A stretch of DNA of 20,000 nucleotides from an uncultured virus (IMG/VR IMGVR_UViG_3300002092_000039) (taxonomy: Duplodnaviria; Heunggongvirae; Uroviricota; Caudoviricetes): the IMG/VR virus record IMGVR_UViG_3300002092_000039. One strand, 5' to 3'. The position numbers and the translations under genes are program-made. Under the pieces are notes generated by a model. That model was not told the DNA's origin. It made no database searches and saw only the letters and a program-made list of their open reading frames with translations. This document shows, piece by piece, positions 14,794-20,000 of this stretch. Each line of letters starts with the position of its first letter. Position 1 is the first letter of the stretch.

Positions 14794-15562
14794 TTTTTAC
14801 AGTCGTCAAGCTGCTGCGCTGACGTATTAACTCTGCAATTTCAGGATTATCCATTTGATCCAGTCTGGGTGCAAATCTTGCACGTGGGCGATCATCTGTA
14901 TCAGCCGGTGGATTACCGACATAGTAAGCAGCCATGCTTTGCCTAACCATATCGTCAGGGCAACTCAACGGAAGTGGTAAACCATGCCAACTGTTTTGAG
15001 TTGTATCAAATAATACAGCACGGTTAAACTCAATATCAACTGTCTTTACGTGCGCCAATGGCTGATTTGTTTCAGCATTGTGACTCCATAATTCTAGCCC
15101 ACCACCAAATTCAGGATGCCAGCCCTTACTCATATAAACTATAATGTTCAGCTTGCGTTGTAGTGCAAGCTTAGGATGAACATTGTAGTCAAGATGCATG
15201 TTTAGGTTGCCACCATTCATATGAGCGTGCCAACCGCCACCATGTAGACCAAAATCCATAGTGAGGTCTGGTCTATTGGCAATGGATCTAATATTTTCCA
15301 TAAAGGCATCACTGCCTAGAAAATTAAATGCTTTATATGTGGTCCTAGGGAATCGATCCCAGTGGTTGCAAGCCTTTTTATTTTCGATTGCATTATTGTA
15401 ATGAGCATTCCAAATTTTTGTATCATCATACTCAGGAAATTCATTGTACAATTCCTCTGCTATTTCAGGTAACCAAAAATTATCAATAACAACATGGTTA
15501 AAGGGTTCTGCTGCTAGGAACTCACCGCTTAACTCATACCAATCAATGTCTTGTCTAATCAT
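14786..15562 (-). CDS. 2OG-Fe(II) oxygenase (prolyl-hydroxylase-like)
   Basis: PFNHVVIDNF, LHGGGWH, HLDYNVHP, RKLNIIVY, GGGLELW, FNRAVLF, SWHG, RQSMAAYY. Confidence 0.92.
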   Translation of the reverse strand: MIRQDIDWYELSGEFLAAEPFNHVVIDNFWLPEIAEELYNEFPEYDDTKIWNAHYNNAIENKKACNHWDRFPRTTYKAFNFLGSDAFMENIRSIANRPDLTMDFGLHGGGWHAHMNGGNLNMHLDYNVHPKLALQRKLNIIVYMSKGWHPEFGGGLELWSHNAETNQPLAHVKTVDIEFNRAVLFDTTQNSWHGLPLPLSCPDDMVRQSMAAYYVGNPPADTDDRPRARFAPRLDQMDNPEIAELIRQRSSLTTVKIT

Positions 15563-15563
15563 A

Positions 15564-16283
15564 TCAATTCTCTATAAACTGTCCGTTGGGCGCAATATTT
15601 CCAGCAACACCGGTTCTTGCAATTTCCAACGTCATGTCCATTGGGAGGAATTTGCAGAATAGATGCTCAATGTCGATATACTTTCCATTATTGACTCTTT
15701 CCTGCATGTGATTGGTCATTATAGACAACCTAGCAGAAAAGTCTTCCATTAACACCGTATCCAAACTATAAACACGAAGCATATACTGTAAGCTTTGCCC
15801 AACATAATCCGGTGTAAATTGACTCAACATCTTCTTACTAACAACGTATTTGCCTTTGGCATCAGGCTTTTCATAACGTGTTATATCAAAATTGTCAGTA
15901 AGCCAATAACGTCCACTGACCTTGAAAACACGATCAGTATCATTGAACCACTTCTTCTCTTTTGCCAACTTAAAGAACTTGCTGACAACAACGAGTTCAG
16001 TTAAGTTCTTTACAGTGTCCTGATGCTGTATGTTGTTTTGAATCCAGTTAACATTTGGATCCTTGCTGAGATTAACAAACACATCAACATCTGCAGACAG
16101 TGCGTCCTGTGTTGCTTGATCAATGCCAGGTACGCTACAATCTGTCATACAAATGAAAGCATTTGGGATATACTTGCGAACAGACTCAACAGTCTTTAGA
16201 GTCTGTTCCACACGCTCCGCCGGGGAGTATTTGCTAAACTTGGCATTAGCTGCACTGGTGATGAATACTCCGTACTTAGACAT
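15564..16283 (-). CDS. Hypothetical protein, possibly glycosyltransferase-like
   Basis: ITSA...ERVEQT..TVESVRK, FKVSGRYWL, DIEH. Middle gene of the dehydratase operon. Confidence 0.7.
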   Translation of the reverse strand: MSKYGVFITSAANAKFSKYSPAERVEQTLKTVESVRKYIPNAFICMTDCSVPGIDQATQDALSADVDVFVNLSKDPNVNWIQNNIQHQDTVKNLTELVVVSKFFKLAKEKKWFNDTDRVFKVSGRYWLTDNFDITRYEKPDAKGKYVVSKKMLSQFTPDYVGQSLQYMLRVYSLDTVLMEDFSARLSIMTNHMQERVNNGKYIDIEHLFCKFLPMDMTLEIARTGVAGNIAPNGQFIEN

Positions 16284-17310
16284 TGATAGTTAACCAATCC
16301 TCGTTAGCAAGTGTCCAGTTAACTACTTGGCTGATACGTTCAGTCAAATCAATACGTGGTTCCCAACCCAAGCTCTTCATAAACTCACCACTGAGACTAT
16401 AACGCAAGTCATGCCCTGGTCGACTACTATGGAAATCAACCATCTCATACTTGAGTTCCTTGCCCTGTGACTTGGCAATTATATGAGCAAGATCAAGATT
16501 ATTGATCTCCTGCTTGCCTACAATGTTGAACTTGGGACACTTTGCTCCACCAAATTCCGGAGGCATTTGAAAGTCCTTAAGATCCAATAGAAACATCATG
16601 GCATCAGCAACGTCAGCAGCATGGATATAATGACGGCTTCCGGGAATTGTTCTACTGCTATCACTATGCACGGTGATAACTTGCCCATCACGAACCTTCT
16701 TGATACACATGGGGATATACTTCTCTGGATGCTGACGCTCACCAAACACGTTCATGGTATGTGTCACATAGATTGGCAACTTGTAAGTGTTCTCAAATGC
16801 CACTGCAAGTTCTTCGCCGCCTGCCTTAGCAGCACTGTAAGGATTGGTGCTGTTATAACGATCATATTCCTTGTAATAGACCCCATTGGGCGCAGGACCA
16901 AATACCTCATCAGTTGAGAAGTAAACAAAGCGTTCCAAGTTGTCAATAGTTCTGGAATAGTTCAGGATGTTACAAGTAGCAACAACATTATCCATTACGA
17001 ATTCCATTGGGAACTCAATACTACGATCCACATGACTGCCAGCAGCAAGATGCATGATGATATCAACCTTGCCAATCATACTGCGAGTCTGTGGATTGAT
17101 CTCTGCTTTGAGATCATGATAGATGATCTTAACACGCTTGCGAACATCTGCATCATGTGTCATCATCATGTGATGCAAGCGATTCAAATTACCGCTGTAA
17201 TCCAAACGATCTAGACTTACGATATTCCAATCTGTTGAATTGAGTATTCTATCAATTACATGATGTGCTATGAAACCGGCTCCGCCGGTAATAAGACAAG
17301 TTTTACTCAT
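16276..17310 (-). CDS. rfbB: NAD-dependent epimerase/dehydratase, dTDP-glucose 4,6-dehydratase-like
   Basis: TGGAGFIA, HLAAGSHVDRSI, STDEVFG, NPYSAAK, PEKYIP, RPGHDLRY. The exact nucleotide-sugar substrate is not determinable from sequence. Confidence 0.9.
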   Translation of the reverse strand: MSKTCLITGGAGFIAHHVIDRILNSTDWNIVSLDRLDYSGNLNRLHHMMMTHDADVRKRVKIIYHDLKAEINPQTRSMIGKVDIIMHLAAGSHVDRSIEFPMEFVMDNVVATCNILNYSRTIDNLERFVYFSTDEVFGPAPNGVYYKEYDRYNSTNPYSAAKAGGEELAVAFENTYKLPIYVTHTMNVFGERQHPEKYIPMCIKKVRDGQVITVHSDSSRTIPGSRHYIHAADVADAMMFLLDLKDFQMPPEFGGAKCPKFNIVGKQEINNLDLAHIIAKSQGKELKYEMVDFHSSRPGHDLRYSLSGEFMKSLGWEPRIDLTERISQVVNWTLANEDWLTINV

Positions 17311-17340
17311 TAATTTCCCTCTTTCTATACCTATGTTGTT

Positions 17341-17369
17341 ATAATATGACTTTTTGTGTAAAAACTCAA
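17341..17369 (-). promoter_or_regulatory. Sigma70-type promoter of the dehydratase operon
   Basis: Minus strand TTGAGT (17369-17364), 17 nt, TATTAT (17346-17341). GAGGG SD. Confidence 0.6.
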
Positions 17370-17377
17370 TATTAATG

Positions 17378-17408
17378 TTGACGCCAACGTAGATTTATCA
17401 TATAAATA
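17378..17408 (+). promoter_or_regulatory. Composite promoter: sigma70 -35 plus TATAAATA
   Basis: TTGACG (17378-17383), 17 nt, TATAAATA (17401-17408). ATG 17413 follows after 4 nt. Confidence 0.7.
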
Positions 17409-17412
17409 TTAC

Positions 17413-17559
17413 ATGTTAAAAAAATGGCGTTGCATTATCAGACTAAGTGATGGTTGGCAAACTGAAACAATGGTTCAGGCACGTGACCAACAAACAGCCA
17501 TGAAATTCGCTGAAGCTCAAACCGGCGGCAAGTGTTTGGCAGCTTATCCACAAGATTAA
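17413..17559 (+). CDS. 48-aa hypothetical protein (not in ORF track)
   Basis: MLKKWRCIIRLSDGWQTETMVQARDQQTAMKFAEAQTGGKCLAAYPQD. Directly after a promoter and ends 2 nt before the next ATG. Confidence 0.7.
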   Translation: MLKKWRCIIRLSDGWQTETMVQARDQQTAMKFAEAQTGGKCLAAYPQD

Positions 17560-17561
17560 TC

Positions 17562-17720
17562 ATGAAACATTGTTGGAGAATTTGGGCTAAGGCTTTGGGT
17601 GAAAAGTCTGGTTCAACTGATAAAGAAGCAGATCGTATAGCTTTAATTAGGACATCAATAGTACTTTGTTATATAGTAACTAATATGTTCATTGTTGCTG
17701 GTGTAATTAGACACTGGTAA
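17562..17720 (+). CDS. Small phage membrane protein
   Basis: MKHCWRIWAKALGEKSG...ADRIALIR plus a hydrophobic C-terminal helix. ATG 17562 is preferred to GTG 17532. Confidence 0.75.
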   Translation: MKHCWRIWAKALGEKSGSTDKEADRIALIRTSIVLCYIVTNMFIVAGVIRHW

Positions 17721-17724
17721 CCGT

Positions 17725-17800
17725 TCGGGGTTAGTTCAATTGGTAGAACTACGGACTTTGAATCCGTGTGTTGGTGGTTCGAGCCCATCACCCCGAGCCA
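17725..17800 (+). tRNA. tRNA-Gln (anticodon TTG), CCA encoded
   Basis: Acceptor TCGGGGT/ACCCCGA; D arm GTTC/GAAC; anticodon arm ACGGA-CTTTGAA-TCCGT; T arm GGTGG-TTCGAGC-CCATC; discriminator G then CCA; 76 nt. Confidence 0.97.
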
Positions 17801-17861
17801 AAATATTAAATTAGCACTTTACCCACGCGGGTTAAGGTAAATATAATGCTAGGAGTTTGGC

Positions 17862-18305
17862 ATGTTACAACGAGTTCTTTTATTCACAATTCTTTCAATC
17901 ACACCAGCAGTATCTGGAGAAATGATCTATACCTTTAAGAACCCTTCTTTCTCTGGCGACGGATGGAGCAGCCAGACATTGACGATCGAGAATCAAGAAT
18001 TTGCTCGCAAGCAAGCAATTGCTGCGCAGAAGAAAGCAGAAGCTGATGCGTTGGCTGCTGCTGCCTCAAATACCAATTTAAATAAGTTTTTAAACAATCT
18101 AGAATCTAGGATTTACGCACAACTTAGTTTACAATTAAGTAATGCTATGTTTGCTGATGGTAGCACAACTGGCACACTGGACTTTCAAGGCAGCACTATT
18201 AGCTGGGTGAAAGATACTACCGCTGGGACTATCTCATTGAGTATTATTGACACAAATGGCAATAGAACTGATATTGTGGTCCCAACAGGGAGTTTTAAGT
18301 TTTGA
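17862..18305 (+). CDS. csgF: Curli assembly protein CsgF homologue
   Basis: Signal peptide, then GEMIYTFKNPSFSG (compare CsgF GTMTFQFRNPNFGG) and F.NNLESRIYAQLS. AGGAG SD; TAAATA at 17838-17843. Confidence 0.85.
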   Translation: MLQRVLLFTILSITPAVSGEMIYTFKNPSFSGDGWSSQTLTIENQEFARKQAIAAQKKAEADALAAAASNTNLNKFLNNLESRIYAQLSLQLSNAMFADGSTTGTLDFQGSTISWVKDTTAGTISLSIIDTNGNRTDIVVPTGSFKF

Positions 18306-19144
18306 TTCTTAGATTGTTAGCGGTATCAATTATATCAGTCGCATTGTCGGGCTGCGGAGTCCTTATTAGGAAAGCAGAGAACATGGAAGAATCCATTGCT
18401 GCTATTCCCAGTACAGACCCAAGTCCAACAGCTAGAACAATTACACGACTAAAAGTCAGTGAGATAGATGGTTTAGCTGGTCCTGATGGTCCACCTATTA
18501 CTATTGCAGTTTATGGTTTCACTGATAAGACTGGGCAGCGTAAGCCCAATGATAAACTTGCTTTGTTTAGCAGTGCTGTTACTCAAGGCGCAGAAGTATT
18601 TCTTATCAAGGCATTGCAGGATGCTGGTAAGGGTAAATGGTTTCAACCTGTGGAACGTGTAGGACTTGATGATCTCATTAAGGAACGTCAGCTTATTCGT
18701 AATCAACGAGAAACTTATGAAGGCAAGGATGCTAAACCATTATCACCAATGCTAGTAGCAGGCGTGATGATCCAGGGCGGCATTGTTGGATATGATAGTA
18801 ACATTATCTCAGGCGGAGCAGGTGCTGCTCTACTAGGCATAGGCGCCTCGGCACAGTATCGCACAGATGAAGTAACTATTGTTATTCGACTGGTGTCAGT
18901 TCATACAGGAGAAGTTCTTGTAAGTGCTGGCGCAACTAAAACCATTCTAAGCGCAGGCGTAGATGGCAATGTTATGAAGTTTATAGATCAAGGTACAATG
19001 AGCGTTCAAATCGAAGCAGGTGCTAATATAAATGAACCTGCAACCTATGCTGTGAGAGTAGCCACAGAAGCAGCAGTGGTAGATATGATTCGACAGGGAG
19101 TTAAGAAAAAACTGTGGCAATTTGCATCAACGAGAAAAAAGTAA
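18302..19144 (+). CDS. csgG: Curli secretion channel CsgG homologue (lipoprotein)
   Basis: Lipobox LSGC; AVYGFTDKTGQRKP; FSSAVTQG; WFQPVERVGLDDLIKERQLIR; GGIVGYDSN; QYRTDEVT..IRLVSVHTGEVL; KTILS. Confidence 0.95.
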   Translation: MILRLLAVSIISVALSGCGVLIRKAENMEESIAAIPSTDPSPTARTITRLKVSEIDGLAGPDGPPITIAVYGFTDKTGQRKPNDKLALFSSAVTQGAEVFLIKALQDAGKGKWFQPVERVGLDDLIKERQLIRNQRETYEGKDAKPLSPMLVAGVMIQGGIVGYDSNIISGGAGAALLGIGASAQYRTDEVTIVIRLVSVHTGEVLVSAGATKTILSAGVDGNVMKFIDQGTMSVQIEAGANINEPATYAVRVATEAAVVDMIRQGVKKKLWQFASTRKK

Positions 19145-19184
19145 GCCAGGCAAAGGTATCGATTCCTTCCATGAGGGAATCACA

Positions 19185-19880
19185 ATGGAAAAGAAAATAT
19201 TCGGTCTGCTTGTAGCCAGCGTTATGCTGTTTTCAGGAGCAGCAATGGCACAGACCGCAAATATGGTATACATAGATCAGATTGGTAATAACAGTACCAT
19301 TGATGTGACTCAGAACGGGTCCAATAACGTCGTTGGTACTGAAACAACTAAAACTACTCTGTGGGGTAATAACCAAACAGTTGCTATCAATCAAGTTGGT
19401 AGTAATAACACCGCTGCGGTGAACATGCAGGGCGCAAGTGCGTCATTGACATCCAACGTAAACGGCAGTCTTAATAGCGTGACTGTAAACTGCGGCAACG
19501 GCGCAAGCGGTAACAACGGTGCTTGTACAGACAGTGTGCTTGTATCTAATATTGCTGGCGATAGCAATACTTTAACAACCACAACTGGTTCAAAAAGTCA
19601 ATCAACCATATCATTGATTGGTGACAGCAATACAGCAACCATATTAACCAATGTTGACAAACTTGTTGGTAGTAAAGCCAGCATTGTTGCTGTGGGTGAC
19701 AGCAACACCTTGAGCATTAATCAAGCAGGTACTGCTGGATCCAGTGGGCATGATGGCGCAATGGATATAACTGGATCAAGTAATACAGTGTCTATTATAC
19801 AGACTGGAACAGTGGATACAACAGTAAATGTCAAGAGCTTGGGTTCGAACAATACCATTACTGTTCATTCTGGCAACTGA
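19185..19880 (+). CDS. Secreted curlin-repeat-like (beta-solenoid) protein
   Basis: Signal peptide ending AMA-Q; repeats such as YIDQIGNNSTIDVTQNGSNN, INQVGSNN, GDSNT (x3), GSSNTVSIIQTG. Start ATG 19185 after GAGGG. Confidence 0.8.
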   Translation: MEKKIFGLLVASVMLFSGAAMAQTANMVYIDQIGNNSTIDVTQNGSNNVVGTETTKTTLWGNNQTVAINQVGSNNTAAVNMQGASASLTSNVNGSLNSVTVNCGNGASGNNGACTDSVLVSNIAGDSNTLTTTTGSKSQSTISLIGDSNTATILTNVDKLVGSKASIVAVGDSNTLSINQAGTAGSSGHDGAMDITGSSNTVSIIQTGTVDTTVNVKSLGSNNTITVHSGN

Positions 19881-20000
19881 TTGCTGGGCTGATGCTGTTG
19901 GAACAGTAATAACACAGACGGGGCCAACTGAGATTCAAAGAAATCGTCAGGTAATCCCCAGTGCTGTTCAAAGCCCATTGGAAATGGAAGATGCTGTTAT
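19828..20000 (+). CDS. Secreted FecR-domain-like protein, 3'-truncated by the window edge (not in ORF track)
   Basis: MSRAWVRTIPLLFILATDCWA-DAVGTVITQTGPTEIQRNRQVIPSAVQSPLEMEDAV...: signal peptide plus the VG.V....G...I.R...LEM.D.V pattern that precedes FecR domains. Open to the window end. Confidence 0.65.
   Translation, partial: MSRAWVRTIPLLFILATDCWADAVGTVITQTGPTEIQRNRQVIPSAVQSPLEMEDAV

Noticed and set aside
1..20000. Stop-codon reassignment as seen in some large phages
   Set aside because: Recognisable genes are full length in the standard code. TAG ends the carbamoyltransferase and an oxygenase, and TGA ends UvsE and CsgF, at expected positions.
1..20000. Bacterial chromosomal origin
   Set aside because: Host-like genes lack their usual neighbours (no clpA beside clpS, no rmlACD, no csgDE) and are mixed with TAATG-coupled unknowns, a free-standing homing endonuclease and T4-late-like motifs. 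A hallmark virion gene outside the window would be needed for proof.

Overview
This window looks like a gene-dense, AT-rich segment of a large (T4-like/jumbo-type) bacteriophage genome read in the standard code. The phage call is an inference from gene content and packing; no capsid or terminase gene is in the window. Left to right: hypotheticals; a bS21 (rpsU)-Hsp20-ClpS cluster; a metallophosphoesterase with a GIY-YIG/NUMOD3 endonuclease cassette at its 5' end; an SGNH-like protein, a YafK/DpaA-type L,D-transpeptidase-family lipoprotein, a probable virion protein, a carbamoyltransferase, UvsE, a radical SAM enzyme and 2OG-Fe(II) oxygenases; a small helical gene with a PhaR-box-like operator; an NDP-sugar dehydratase operon; tRNA-Gln(UUG); and a curli-like module (csgF-csgG-curlin-repeat protein-FecR-like, truncated). 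The most interesting unannotated signals: (i) a co-varying hairpin leader found once upstream of the endonuclease and once as an orphan; (ii) a synonymously recoded duplicate of the host gene's first five codons (MKFDL) flanking that cassette; (iii) a ROSE-like thermometer on hsp20; (iv) a PhaR-type box; (v) several small coupled ORFs missing from the ORF track. All family assignments are by motif recognition, not database search.
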